In this document: one piece after another, positions 21,167 to 30,520 of the stretch
Layout: the number at the start of each line of letters is the position of its first letter
Position numbering within the stretch: the first letter of the stretch is position 1
Source of the DNA: an uncultured bacterium
GTDB taxonomy: Bacteria; Patescibacteriota; Minisyncoccia; Phycocordibacterales; UBA9973
Assembly: GCA_903892035.1 (NCBI GenBank)
Contig: CAITGV010000001.1
Coordinates: forward strand, 419,310-483,309
Direction of reading: 5' to 3'
Length of the DNA: 64,000 nucleotides
The notes under the pieces: model-generated
What the model saw: the letters and a program-made list of their open reading frames with translations, nothing else
Told to the model about the DNA's origin: nothing
The model's database searches: none
Position numbers and translations under genes: made by a program

Positions 21167-23011
21167 ATGGAAAAAATCTTGAAACTAGTAAGAACACTCC
21201 TGCTGGTTGCAGGATTATGTTCAGCGCATTTATCTGCGCAAACCCTGAGCGTGAATTCTCACGCTTATGGAACTTCTGCGAATGATGTAATTGGTTCGCC
21301 ATTGTTTACATCTACATCGTCGGTAATTAAAACTGCTGATGATAATGTTGTCATCGTTGGTACGATGGGAACCAAAGCATTTCTAAAAAAAATTGATACA
21401 AGTGGAAATGTTTTATTTACTACCCTAATTGGGGGTAATTCAAGTACTACATTTGGTACCAGTATTGTTCAAACGTCAGATAGTGGTTATGTAATCTCTG
21501 GTTACACATTGTGTGGTGACGGAGATTTTACAGGAAGTGGTTATCACTCAGGTAACTACGACGCGTTTCTTGCACGTTTTGATGTAAATGGAAGTTTGTT
21601 GTGGACGAAGTGTTATGGAGCAAGCCTTGACGACAAGGCAATAAAGCTTATAAAAACTTCAGATGGTGGTTTTGCCTTTGTTGGTGAAACAAACGATACA
21701 ACAAATATTTCAGGACCTGCTTGGTCTGGTGCTTTGTATCCAAATTATGATTTCTATGTGGTTAAAACTGACAGTACTGGAAATTTGGTTTGGCAAAAAC
21801 GTTTTGGAAGTAAAGGTGTCGATATTGCATTTGATATGACACAACGATCAGACGGTGGTTATGTATTGACTGGAAATACTGGAAGCAACACAACGAACTC
21901 TGGCAATATGACTGGATGTCATGGCGGTGGAGATGGTTGGGCTGTTTGGATTGATTCAGTTGGGACATTTGAGCAGCAGCAATGTTATGGTAGTAATTTA
22001 GCGGATGCAACCAATGGAATGTTTATACTTCCAATGGCTGGCAACAGATATGCACTACTAACAGACGCAACAAATTCAAATACTGGAACTTTTGGAAGTT
22101 TTACGCAATATGGTATGAAAAATATCATTTATTGCGTAATAGACAACACGGGTGCTGTTTTGAATGGACGTAGTTTTGGAAGCGATAGTATCGATGTTGC
22201 TTCCTCATTTCAAATGCTCAGTGATAGTAGTATGATTATTGCTGGAAAAACAAAAGCAGTGAACAGTCAACAGTTTACGGGAGGTCATGGGTTATATGAT
22301 GCATTTATAATGAATGTTAATAAAGCATTTACTCTTTCCTGGCAGAGACTAATTGGAGGAAGTGGTGATGATATTGGGGTTTCACTTATTCCTTATGGTG
22401 ACAGTGTGTATTTCCTTGTAGGGAATACATGGAGTCAGGATTATGATATTCCTCCAAATCAAGGTACTTCAATTAATTCGCTTGATATCTTTTTATCAAG
22501 AATCGAATTAATGCCTGATCATTCTCTTCCAGTCGAACTTACTAATTTTACAGCTTATGTTGTAAATGAAAAAAAAGTTCAGTGCAATTGGACAACTACA
22601 AGTGAAATCAATAATGATCATTTTACAATTCAAAGAACTGTAGATGGTATTCATTATGAAGATCTTGGGAAAATAGCTGGAGCTGGGAACAGTAACAGTT
22701 ATCGCAACTATGTTTTTTATGACGATGCGCCACTTTACGGAGTGTCATATTATCGTTTAAAGCAAACCGATTTTAATGGGCAATCAGAAATATTTAATCT
22801 GGTGCCCGTTGAAATTGGTTCTACTGCCACTACATTTAATGTTTGGCAGACCAATGGAGAACTTCATTGTTCTCCCGATGCGCACATAATCTTGATTACC
22901 GATATTCTAGGTAATCAGATTGATAATTTAACGGTACCAGGAATATACTTCATTACGTTGGAGTCTTCTGATACTAAGATCACAAAGCACATTAAGTTGC
23001 TTTGTAGATAA
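21167..23011 (+). CDS. Secreted beta-propeller (SBBP-like repeat) protein with a Bacteroidetes-type C-terminal domain
   Basis: Signal peptide MEKILKLVRTLLLVAGLCSAHLSAQ; the ORF track start 21116 lies upstream in frame. About 8 repeats of T.SDGGYV..G propeller blades. C-terminal domain carries LTNF..., FTIQRTVDG and YYRLKQTDFNG motifs. Confidence 0.65.
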   Translation: MEKILKLVRTLLLVAGLCSAHLSAQTLSVNSHAYGTSANDVIGSPLFTSTSSVIKTADDNVVIVGTMGTKAFLKKIDTSGNVLFTTLIGGNSSTTFGTSIVQTSDSGYVISGYTLCGDGDFTGSGYHSGNYDAFLARFDVNGSLLWTKCYGASLDDKAIKLIKTSDGGFAFVGETNDTTNISGPAWSGALYPNYDFYVVKTDSTGNLVWQKRFGSKGVDIAFDMTQRSDGGYVLTGNTGSNTTNSGNMTGCHGGGDGWAVWIDSVGTFEQQQCYGSNLADATNGMFILPMAGNRYALLTDATNSNTGTFGSFTQYGMKNIIYCVIDNTGAVLNGRSFGSDSIDVASSFQMLSDSSMIIAGKTKAVNSQQFTGGHGLYDAFIMNVNKAFTLSWQRLIGGSGDDIGVSLIPYGDSVYFLVGNTWSQDYDIPPNQGTSINSLDIFLSRIELMPDHSLPVELTNFTAYVVNEKKVQCNWTTTSEINNDHFTIQRTVDGIHYEDLGKIAGAGNSNSYRNYVFYDDAPLYGVSYYRLKQTDFNGQSEIFNLVPVEIGSTATTFNVWQTNGELHCSPDAHIILITDILGNQIDNLTVPGIYFITLESSDTKITKHIKLLCR

Positions 23012-23082
23012 CACATTGCAGTCCGCTTTTTCGAAAGAGAAAGTGGGCTGTTTTTTTATGTATTTTAGTGTAATATGGTTAT

Positions 23083-23814
23083 ATGGAACAAGAACAAAAA
23101 GGACAATTACACCCGCTTACAATCCTTGCAAATGAGGCCATGGAAGTATTTTCTGAGATGGGCTTTGAGGTGGCTACGGGGCCTGAGCTTGAAACCGAGT
23201 GGTACAACTTCGACGTATTAAATGTTTCAAAAAATCATCCTGCTCGTGATATGCAAGATACATTTTGGATTAAACCCTCTCCTTTACAAGGAGAGGGTGA
23301 AGGGAGAGGTGAATTCGTTCTCCGTACTCACACAACTAGTGTTACGGCTCGAGCAATAGAGCAAGCCGGAAAAGATGGACGTATTCCTTGCGCTTTTATT
23401 TCTATCGGAAAAGTTTTTCGTAATGAATCGACAGATGCAACACATGAAATGCAATTTTTTCAGATTGATGGTGCGATGATTGGCGAAAATATAAATCTCG
23501 CAAATATGAAAGCAGTATTAATTAAATTTTATAAAAAAGCTCTTGGTGAAGATATTGAAATAGAATTTCGACCAAGTTTTTTTCCTTTTACAGAACCATC
23601 AGTCGAAGTCCATGCCAAATTTAATGGTAAATGGCTCGAGATGATGGGTGGAGGAATGATTCATCCACAAGTTTTAAAAAATCTTGGAATTGATTCAGAA
23701 AAATATCAAGGCTTTGCTTTTGGTGGAGGACTCGACCGTATCGCAATGATTCGCTGGAATATTCCCGATGTCCGTCTTTTTTATCAAGGTGATCTTCGTC
23801 TTAATCAATTTTAA
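23083..23814 (+). CDS. pheS: Phenylalanine--tRNA ligase alpha subunit (minimal form)
   Basis: Class II core motifs HPARDMQDTFW, FRNESTDATHEMQFFQIDG and GFAFGGGLDRIAM. Lacks the N-terminal extension. Contains a 13-aa palindromic-element insertion (PSPLQGEGEGRGE). Confidence 0.9.
   Translation: MEQEQKGQLHPLTILANEAMEVFSEMGFEVATGPELETEWYNFDVLNVSKNHPARDMQDTFWIKPSPLQGEGEGRGEFVLRTHTTSVTARAIEQAGKDGRIPCAFISIGKVFRNESTDATHEMQFFQIDGAMIGENINLANMKAVLIKFYKKALGEDIEIEFRPSFFPFTEPSVEVHAKFNGKWLEMMGGGMIHPQVLKNLGIDSEKYQGFAFGGGLDRIAMIRWNIPDVRLFYQGDLRLNQF
23275..23313 (+). repeat. In-frame intragenic palindromic element (copy in pheS): CCCTCTCC-TTTACAA-GGAGAGGG-tgaa-GGGAGAGGTGAA
   Basis: 8-bp perfect stem with a 7-nt loop, then a third GGGAGAGG repeat. 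39 bp (13 codons), encoding PSPLQGEGEGRGE between the conserved DTFWIK and FVLRTHTT segments. Confidence 0.8.
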
Positions 23815-23817
23815 CTT

Positions 23818-25743
23818 ATGAAAATTTCTTACAATTGGCTCAAATGGTATACACCCGACGCACCTACTCCAGAAAAACTGGCGGATATTTTTACATATCA
23901 TTTGACGGAAGTCGAGTCCGTCACCCCCTCGCCTTTACAAGGAGAGGCCGTAGACAGGAGTCTATCAATTTCAGATAGACGGGCAGGGGGAGAGGTAATT
24001 TTTGATTTAAATATTTTACCAAACCGAGCTCACGATTTGCTTTCACATCAGGGCATAGCACGTGAACTTGCAGGACAATTGGAAATTCCTTTCAATGACC
24101 CAACTTCTAAATACAAGATCCCCGCCGTCGCTAAAGCTTTGGTGGGCAAGCAAGAATTAAATATTAATATTCAAACTCCAAATTGTCGCCGTTATATGGG
24201 GCGTATTGTTCGTGGAATAAAAGTCGGTCCTTCACCAGACTGGGTTGTAAAACATCTGGAATCAATTGGCCAGCGAAGTATAAACAACATCGTCGATGCG
24301 ACAAATATTGTAATGTTTGACTGCGGACAGCCATGTCATGCTTTTGATTTGCGCAAAATAAAAGATTCAAAAATTGAAGTTGGACCTGCTCAAGATGGAA
24401 AAGAATTGGAATTACTTGGTTCAGAGAAAATTGTTGCGAAACTAAAAAATACCGATACGGTGATTGCAACTCCCTCGCCTTTACAAGGAGAGGGTCGGGG
24501 AGAGGTGCTTGCTCTTGCTGGTGTGAAGGGTGGTACAAATTCTGGTATTGCCCTAGATACAACTGAAATAGTTCTTGAAGTCGCAAATTTTGATTCGACA
24601 GCAGTGCGCAAGACTGCACGTAGGCTTGGAATTCTTTCTGATGCAGCAAAAAGATTTGAAAATGATTTATCTCCAGAGCTTTGTGATTTTGCAATGCTTG
24701 AACTTTCAGCTTTGATCGCGGAAGTTGCCTGTCCTGAGCGACCGGAGGGAGTCGAATGGGAAGAAATTATAGATGAGTATCCTGTAAAACAAACAGAAAG
24801 AAAAATAGAAATTTCTACAGAATTAATAAATAAAAAACTTGGTACAGATTTTAGTATAGATGAAATTGAAAATGTTTGGAAGAGATATAATTTTAAATAT
24901 GAAAAAAATGAAAGTTCTTTTACTATCACTCCATCAGCGTTACGCCTTGATTTAGTAATTCCAGAAGATTTAGTCGAAGAAGTGGGAAGAATTTTAGGCT
25001 ATGACAAAGTTGTGCCAGTACTTCCTAAAATTAATTTTACCCCTAAAATAAATGAAACTTGGACAAAGATTGCAAGTGCTCGCAACAAACTTATCGCTGA
25101 CGGATATAGAGAAGTGATGACTTATGCTTTTACTGACAAAGGTGATGTACAAGTACTTGCAAGTGCGAGTGATAAAAAATATTTGAGAACAAATATTTCT
25201 GAAGGTTTGAAAAAAAGTATTGCACTCAATCAGATCAACGCACCTTTGCTTGGTATAGATAAAGTAAAAGTTTTTGAAATTGGAACAGTTTTTTCTAAAG
25301 GTAAAGAAATTGTAAATTTAGCATATGGAGATAAAAAAAATGTGACTGAAGTTACCCTAGATGAATATATAAATACAACCCCACCTAACCTCCCCTTGTC
25401 AGGGAAGGAAACTGCTGTGCATTCTATTCCCCCTGATAAGAGGGATAAAGGGGGTTTTTTCAAAATGTGGAGCGCCTTCCCATTCATTTCTCGAGACATT
25501 GCTCTCTGGGTTCCAGCAGACACGAGTGCAGAAAGTGTTGCTGAAGTTATCAATAAAGATATTGGCGACTTGCTCGTAAAAGGTCCCGACATGTTTGACC
25601 AGTTCAAAAAGGAAGACAAGCAAAGCTATGCTTTTCGTCTCGTTTTCCAATCCTTCGACCGCACGCTGACCGACGAAGAAATCAATCCTATAATGGAATC
25701 TATTACCAAAAGAATAGGGGAAAATGGTTGGATGGTGCGCTAA
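23818..25743 (+). CDS. pheT: Phenylalanine--tRNA ligase beta subunit (short form)
   Basis: Position immediately after pheS. B3/4 and B5 domains and a C-terminal FDX-ACB-like region are present. Carries three palindromic-element insertions. Confidence 0.85.
   Translation: MKISYNWLKWYTPDAPTPEKLADIFTYHLTEVESVTPSPLQGEAVDRSLSISDRRAGGEVIFDLNILPNRAHDLLSHQGIARELAGQLEIPFNDPTSKYKIPAVAKALVGKQELNINIQTPNCRRYMGRIVRGIKVGPSPDWVVKHLESIGQRSINNIVDATNIVMFDCGQPCHAFDLRKIKDSKIEVGPAQDGKELELLGSEKIVAKLKNTDTVIATPSPLQGEGRGEVLALAGVKGGTNSGIALDTTEIVLEVANFDSTAVRKTARRLGILSDAAKRFENDLSPELCDFAMLELSALIAEVACPERPEGVEWEEIIDEYPVKQTERKIEISTELINKKLGTDFSIDEIENVWKRYNFKYEKNESSFTITPSALRLDLVIPEDLVEEVGRILGYDKVVPVLPKINFTPKINETWTKIASARNKLIADGYREVMTYAFTDKGDVQVLASASDKKYLRTNISEGLKKSIALNQINAPLLGIDKVKVFEIGTVFSKGKEIVNLAYGDKKNVTEVTLDEYINTTPPNLPLSGKETAVHSIPPDKRDKGGFFKMWSAFPFISRDIALWVPADTSAESVAEVINKDIGDLLVKGPDMFDQFKKEDKQSYAFRLVFQSFDRTLTDEEINPIMESITKRIGENGWMVR
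23924..23998 (+). repeat. In-frame palindromic element, composite copy (pheT copy 1)
   Basis: CCCTCGCC-TTTACAA-GGAGAGG, then a nested TAGAC/GTCTA and TCTATC/GATAGA hairpin spacer, then GGGGGAGAGGTAA. Encodes PSPLQGEAVDRSLSISDRRAGGEV. Confidence 0.7.
24473..24511 (+). repeat. In-frame palindromic element (pheT copy 2)
   Basis: CCCTCGCCTTTACAAGGAGAGGGTCGGGGAGAGGTGCTT, 39 bp, encodes PSPLQGEGRGEVL. The tail is read in a different frame from the pheS copy. Confidence 0.8.
25388..25460 (+). repeat. Variant in-frame palindromic elements (pheT copy 3, two hairpins)
   Basis: CCTCCCC-TTGTCA-GGGAAGG, then CCCCC-TGATAAGAGGGATAAA-GGGGG followed by a T-run. Encodes LPLSGKET...PPDKRDKGGFF. The loop TGATAAG is shared with the purD copy. 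Confidence 0.6.
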
Positions 25744-25781
25744 AATAAGTTATTTTAGCCCTTTCTTTACGTACATTTTTT

Positions 25782-25790
25782 TGCTATAAT
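25782..25790 (+). promoter_or_regulatory. Extended -10 box TGCTATAAT, 10 nt upstream of the gyrB start (possibly leaderless)
   Basis: TTTTTTTGCTATAATAGACACATAA ATG. The spacing implies a transcription start within a few nt of the ATG. Confidence 0.35.
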
Positions 25791-25800
25791 AGACACATAA

Positions 25801-27936
25801 ATGGCTAAAGATAATTCAAAAAACGACACTAAAAAAGCCCCTAAGAAAGAGGGCTCTTATGGTGCAGATGAGATTTCAGTTTTGGAAGGCTTGGAGCCGG
25901 TGCGCAAGCGCCCTGGAATGTATATTGGTTCTACTGGTCCAGATGGTTTGCACCATTTGATATGGGAAATTTTCGACAACTCGCGCGATGAAGCGATGGG
26001 AGGTTTTTGTGATCGTATAGAAGTCACAATTCTTCCAGGTGACACTGTACGCGTCGTGGACAACGGTCGCGGTATTCCAGTAGATATTCATTCAAAAACA
26101 AAAGTTTCTGCCCTCGAAACTGTCATGACGACACTGCACGCAGGAGGAAAATTTGGTGGTGAGGGTTCTGGTTATAAAGTTTCAGGAGGACTTCATGGCG
26201 TGGGAGCATCTGTTGTAAATGCACTTTCAATTTATACAAAAGCAGAAATTCATCGTGATGGTGGAAAATTTATTCAAGAATATTCTCAAGGAAAAAAGAA
26301 AGCAAATGTGAAAAAAATTGGTTCATCGAAACTTCACGGTACTATCATTACTTTCAAACCAGATGCAGAAATTTTTAAAGAGGGAACAACTTTCAATTGG
26401 AATACTATTGTTGGTCATTTGCGACAACAAGCATATTTGGTAAAAGGTTTGAAAATTACAATAATTGATGCTCGTGAAATTGATCCAAAAGTTTTACTAG
26501 GGGGCAAAGGTATGGAGAGTCTCGATGAAGTATTTTATTTTTCAGAAATGAATCTCGAAGTTCCTTCATATTCATTTTATTTTGAAGGGGGACTCGTATC
26601 TCTAGTAGCTTTTTACAATAAAGGACAAAAGGCAGTTCAAGATACAATTTTTTATGTTGAAAAAGAAGTCGATGGTGTTGGTGTAGAAGTCGCACTTCAA
26701 TATATAGATGATATTTCTACAAAGATAGTTCCATTTGCAAACAATATTTACAATCCCGAAGGTGGTACACACGTCACAGGTTTCAAGACTGCGCTCACTC
26801 GTCTTCTAAATACTTACGGCAAGAAAAATAATTTTATAAAAGAATCCGACGGTGGTTTTACTGGAGATGATGTGCTCGAAGGACTCACTGCTGTTATTTC
26901 TGTGAAGCTTCGTGAAATTCAATTTGAAGGCCAGACAAAAGCAAAATTGGGTTCTATGGAAGCGCAGGGTGCAACAGCTACAGCATTTGGTGATGCTTTC
27001 GCATCATTCCTAGAAGAGAATCCAGATGAAGCAAAACAAATTGTAAACAAAGCAATTCTTGCAGTGCGTGCTCGCAAAGCCGCAAAGGCTGCAAAGGATT
27101 CAATACTACGCAAAGGAGCGCTAGAAGGAATGACTCTTCCTGGAAAGCTTGCCGACTGTCAAACAAAAAATGCTGAAGAATCTGAAGTCTTCATCGTTGA
27201 GGGAGATTCTGCTGGAGGTACTGCAAAGACTGGGCGTGATCGTCGCACACAAGCGATACTTCCACTTCGTGGAAAAATTCTAAACATTGAGCGCGCGCGT
27301 CTAGACAAAATGCTCGCTTCAGAACAAATTAAAAATTTGGTTATTGCAATGGGAACAGCAATAGGCGACACTTTTGATATTTCAAAACTCCGCTATCATA
27401 AAATAATAATAGCGACAGATGCCGACGTGGACGGAGCGCACATTCGTACTCTTATTTTGACTTTGCTTTACAGATATTTCAAACCAATTATCGATGGCGG
27501 ATATATCTACATTGCCCAACCACCACTTTATAAAATAAAGAAAGGTAAAGAAATTATGTACGCTTACTCTGATGAAGAGCGTGACAAATTTATAGGTAAA
27601 GATGGTCCAAGTTTGGAAGAATTACTTTCACAATCTGAAGAAGACGAAATAGAAGCTGAAAATACTGACGAACCCGCCTCCGCTAAAGCTTCGACGGGCG
27701 AAGGAAAAGCAAAGACTGCAAAGATTCACATTCAACGTTACAAAGGTCTCGGAGAAATGAATGCCGAAGAACTTTGGGAAACAACAATGGACCCTGCTCG
27801 CCGAATTCTCAAGCAAGTCAACATAGATGACGCTGTTGAAGCCGACAAAGTTTTTGATATGCTAATGGGCTCCGACGTCGCTCCTCGTAAATCTTTCATT
27901 CAAACTCACGCTAAGATGGCAGAGATTGATATCTAG
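25801..27936 (+). CDS. gyrB: DNA gyrase subunit B
   Basis: GHKL ATPase motifs (GLHHLIWEIFDNSRDEAM, GGKFGG...GLHGVGASVVNALS), Toprim EGDSAGG, and the C-terminal QRYKGLGEMNAEELWETTMDP. Confidence 0.95.
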   Translation: MAKDNSKNDTKKAPKKEGSYGADEISVLEGLEPVRKRPGMYIGSTGPDGLHHLIWEIFDNSRDEAMGGFCDRIEVTILPGDTVRVVDNGRGIPVDIHSKTKVSALETVMTTLHAGGKFGGEGSGYKVSGGLHGVGASVVNALSIYTKAEIHRDGGKFIQEYSQGKKKANVKKIGSSKLHGTIITFKPDAEIFKEGTTFNWNTIVGHLRQQAYLVKGLKITIIDAREIDPKVLLGGKGMESLDEVFYFSEMNLEVPSYSFYFEGGLVSLVAFYNKGQKAVQDTIFYVEKEVDGVGVEVALQYIDDISTKIVPFANNIYNPEGGTHVTGFKTALTRLLNTYGKKNNFIKESDGGFTGDDVLEGLTAVISVKLREIQFEGQTKAKLGSMEAQGATATAFGDAFASFLEENPDEAKQIVNKAILAVRARKAAKAAKDSILRKGALEGMTLPGKLADCQTKNAEESEVFIVEGDSAGGTAKTGRDRRTQAILPLRGKILNIERARLDKMLASEQIKNLVIAMGTAIGDTFDISKLRYHKIIIATDADVDGAHIRTLILTLLYRYFKPIIDGGYIYIAQPPLYKIKKGKEIMYAYSDEERDKFIGKDGPSLEELLSQSEEDEIEAENTDEPASAKASTGEGKAKTAKIHIQRYKGLGEMNAEELWETTMDPARRILKQVNIDDAVEADKVFDMLMGSDVAPRKSFIQTHAKMAEIDI

Positions 27937-27954
27937 GTTTTTAGTTAATTTTTT

Positions 27955-27981
27955 CCCACAGGCCTTGCCTGTGGTTTTGTG
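27955..27981 (+). terminator. Rho-independent terminator after gyrB
   Basis: Stem CCACAGG/CCTGTGG with loop CCTTG, followed by TTTTGTG. Confidence 0.6.
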
Positions 27982-28000
27982 TATGTAATATAATATCATT

Positions 28001-28678
28001 ATGAGTATTCGAAATACACCTTTTGTTTCAGGTGAGTATTATCATATATATAATCGTGGTAATGGAAAACACGAAATATTTTTAGATGATGAAGATTATG
28101 ATCGATTTATAAAATTACTTTATGTTTGTAACTCTGAAAAGAAATTTGTGTTTAGAGATTCAATAACAGATATTGGTATTGATGCTTTTGATTTTGAAAG
28201 GGAAGAACCTCTTGTTTCGATTATATCTTGGGTACTCATGCCAAATCATTTCCATATATTTCTTATTTCCCATAGGTCCGACCTATGGGAAGAAGATTAT
28301 AATCCGATTACAGAATTTATGAGAAAGTTATCAACTGCGTATGCTATGTATTTTAATAAAAAATATGGGAGGTCGGGGTCTTTGTTTGAAGGGAAATTTA
28401 AATCGAAACATGTTGAACAGGATAGTTATTTTAATTATCTTTTTGCTTACATACATCTGAATCCAATAAAATTGATTCAGTCAGACTGGAAAGAAAAGGG
28501 TATTAAAAATCCACAACAGGCGAGAGAATATTTATCAGAATATAAATATTCTAGTTTTCAAGATTATTTTGGTAAAGAAAGAAAAGAAGGAAAAATAATT
28601 GACATGAAAAATATTACAAAAGAAATCCAAAATGCTCACATAAAAGAACTTTTTGAGTGGATTGCTATTTCCCCATAG
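28001..28678 (+). CDS. IS200/IS605-like HUH (Y1) transposase / REP-associated tyrosine transposase (RAYT)-like
   Basis: YHIYNRGNGKHEIF N-terminal motif, HUH motif MPNHFHIFL, and catalytic Tyr region YAMYFNKKYG...FAYIHLNPIK. A REP palindrome lies inside the gene and another at its 3' end. Confidence 0.75.
   Translation: MSIRNTPFVSGEYYHIYNRGNGKHEIFLDDEDYDRFIKLLYVCNSEKKFVFRDSITDIGIDAFDFEREEPLVSIISWVLMPNHFHIFLISHRSDLWEEDYNPITEFMRKLSTAYAMYFNKKYGRSGSLFEGKFKSKHVEQDSYFNYLFAYIHLNPIKLIQSDWKEKGIKNPQQAREYLSEYKYSSFQDYFGKERKEGKIIDMKNITKEIQNAHIKELFEWIAISP
28266..28289. repeat. REP-like palindrome TCCCATAGGTCCGACCTATGGGAA inside the transposase ORF (in-frame, 24 bp)
   Basis: Perfect 9-bp arms CCCATAGGT/ACCTATGGG. 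Encodes SHRSDLWE immediately after the HUH motif. Confidence 0.7.
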
Positions 28679-28690
28679 GTCCGACCTATG
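28666..28690. repeat. REP-like palindrome CCCCATAGGTCCGACCTATGGGAA at the 3' end of the transposase gene
   Basis: Second copy of the same palindrome, overlapping the stop codon. Lies between the transposase and convergent thrS. Confidence 0.7.
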
Positions 28691-28695
28691 GGAAT

Positions 28696-30432
28696 TTACA
28701 AACTTCTGTTTTTTATTTCAGTTTCAAGTCGTTCGATAAATTGTTCGATAGAGATATCGACGAGTTTTTCGGTGCGAGTTTCGACGGTGAGGGCACCGGA
28801 AGCAATTTCTTTGTCACCGAGCACGATGACGTAGGGGACTTTTTGCGCTTTTGCACCGTTGATGCGCTTGCCAAGAGAATCTTTGCCCGCGTCGAGTTTT
28901 GCGCGTATGCCTTTTTCCTTGAGAGCGGAAAGCATTTTTTGTCCGTAGTCTTCGTGATTCTCGCGAACCGGTACTATTGCAACCTGGGTCGGGCAAAGCC
29001 AAACAGGGAAAAGGCCGGCAAGGTGTTCAATGAGTGTCGACATGAAGCGCTCGATGGAGCCCATGATTGCGGCATGAATCATTACAACTTGTTCTTTCTC
29101 GCCCTTTTCATTTACACAGGTGAGCCCAAAGTTTTTTGGTTGATTGAAGTCGAGTTGAATAGTTGCAACTTGTAGAACTCTTCCAATTGAATCTTTTGCA
29201 ATGAAGTCTATCTTTGGTCCGTAAAATGCAGCTTCGCCGAGCCCATCGATCCATGTTACTCCTTTACCTTCCATTAGTTTTTGGAGCGCATATTCTGCTT
29301 TTTCCCAAGATGCGGGGTCACCCAAATATTTTTCCGGAGTTTTTGGATCATGGCGAGAAAAACGTACCTGAAGATTGAATCCAAATGTTCCATAAAATTT
29401 TTCAATTATATCCCAAATTGCAAGAGCCTCATTCTCAATTTGATTTTCACGACAGAAAACGTGAGCATCATCTTGTGTAATAGAAAGAACACGTGAAAGC
29501 CCAGAAAGTTCACCTGACTGTTCATCACGGTATACCATTGTGGTTTCCGCATAACGCTGTGGCATATCTCTATAACTTCGAAGTTCACTATCAAATATTT
29601 GTGTGTGGTGCGGGCAATTCATTGGCTTCATTGCGTAAAGATGGTCTTCACGTGTGTGAATTTTAAATAAATCATCAGCATATTTTGCCCAGTGTCCAGA
29701 TGTTTCGTAAAGTTCCTTTTTTGTTATATGAGGAATTGTAACTTTTTCATATCCGCGTTCACGACGAAGTTCCCAAACAAAATCATTTAGTGCTTCGCGA
29801 ATCATTGTTCCTTTTGGAGTCCAAAGTGGAAGTCCGGGACCAACGAGTTCAGAAAAAACAAAAAGACCAAGTTCTTTTCCAATTTTTCTATGGTCGCGTT
29901 TTTTTGCTTCTTCTTGTTGAGTGATATATGCGTCGAGTTCTGCTTGGGTGGGAAATGCAAGACCATAAACACGAGTCAGCATTTTATTTTTCTCACTTCC
30001 ACGCCAATATGCACCTGCGACACGTTCGAGTTTCCAACCAATATTTTTCAAATCTTCTGCAGGATTTTCACTGTGTCCACCTTTACATAAATCTGTAAAA
30101 TTTCCCGCGCTGTATGCTGTAAGACCCGAATCTTTGTGTTCATTAATTAATTCAAGTTTGTATTCATTTTCGGCAAACATTTTCTGTGCTTCTTCTAAGG
30201 AAATATCATTGCCAGACATACTAGTCCAACTAGTTAGCATTTCACGCATTTTTTTCTCGATTTTTACCAAGTCTTCATCTGTGATTTTTCCAGCAACATC
30301 GGTGTCATAGTAAAAACCATTATCAATTGCAGGACCTAGTGTGAGTTTTGAATTTGGGTAGAGCTCTAGAATGGCTGCACCTAAAAGATGGGCAAGAGTA
30401 TGGCGATTTGCTTGTAATTGTTCAGGGATCAT
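28696..30432 (-). CDS. thrS: Threonine--tRNA ligase (lacking N-terminal TGS domain)
   Basis: HTLAHLLGAAI...GFYYD second-additional-domain start; class II motifs; C-terminal anticodon-binding domain. The ORF track extends to 30555, but that extension overlaps a tRNA. The start is placed at the internal Met (ATG at 30432) and is uncertain. Confidence 0.85.
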   Translation of the reverse strand: MIPEQLQANRHTLAHLLGAAILELYPNSKLTLGPAIDNGFYYDTDVAGKITDEDLVKIEKKMREMLTSWTSMSGNDISLEEAQKMFAENEYKLELINEHKDSGLTAYSAGNFTDLCKGGHSENPAEDLKNIGWKLERVAGAYWRGSEKNKMLTRVYGLAFPTQAELDAYITQQEEAKKRDHRKIGKELGLFVFSELVGPGLPLWTPKGTMIREALNDFVWELRRERGYEKVTIPHITKKELYETSGHWAKYADDLFKIHTREDHLYAMKPMNCPHHTQIFDSELRSYRDMPQRYAETTMVYRDEQSGELSGLSRVLSITQDDAHVFCRENQIENEALAIWDIIEKFYGTFGFNLQVRFSRHDPKTPEKYLGDPASWEKAEYALQKLMEGKGVTWIDGLGEAAFYGPKIDFIAKDSIGRVLQVATIQLDFNQPKNFGLTCVNEKGEKEQVVMIHAAIMGSIERFMSTLIEHLAGLFPVWLCPTQVAIVPVRENHEDYGQKMLSALKEKGIRAKLDAGKDSLGKRINGAKAQKVPYVIVLGDKEIASGALTVETRTEKLVDISIEQFIERLETEIKNRSL

Positions 30433-30520
30433 AAGTCGTATCGTATCATAAAAGGCTTTTAAATTAAAGTCACGGACACCAATAAGCTTGCTTTTATCTA
30501 TATTTTTGGTATGGTAAGTG

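Noticed and set aside
24164-24929. Two long antisense ORFs (176 and 179 aa) on the minus strand inside pheT
   Set aside because: They overlap entirely with a well-supported PheT frame. Their low-complexity Ser/Gln/Leu-rich translation is typical of antisense reading of AT-rich codons.
27640-27730. Acidic/Lys-rich insertion near the gyrB C-terminus with a small hairpin (CTTCG-ACGGGC-CGAAG) as another palindromic-element copy
   Set aside because: It lacks the CCCTCTCC/GGAGAGGG core. GyrB C-terminal acidic tails are variable in many lineages, so evidence is insufficient to assign it to the element family.
28657-29175. 172-aa plus-strand ORF overlapping thrS in antisense
   Set aside because: It starts inside the REP palindrome and lies wholly antisense to a clear ThrRS gene. 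Spurious.
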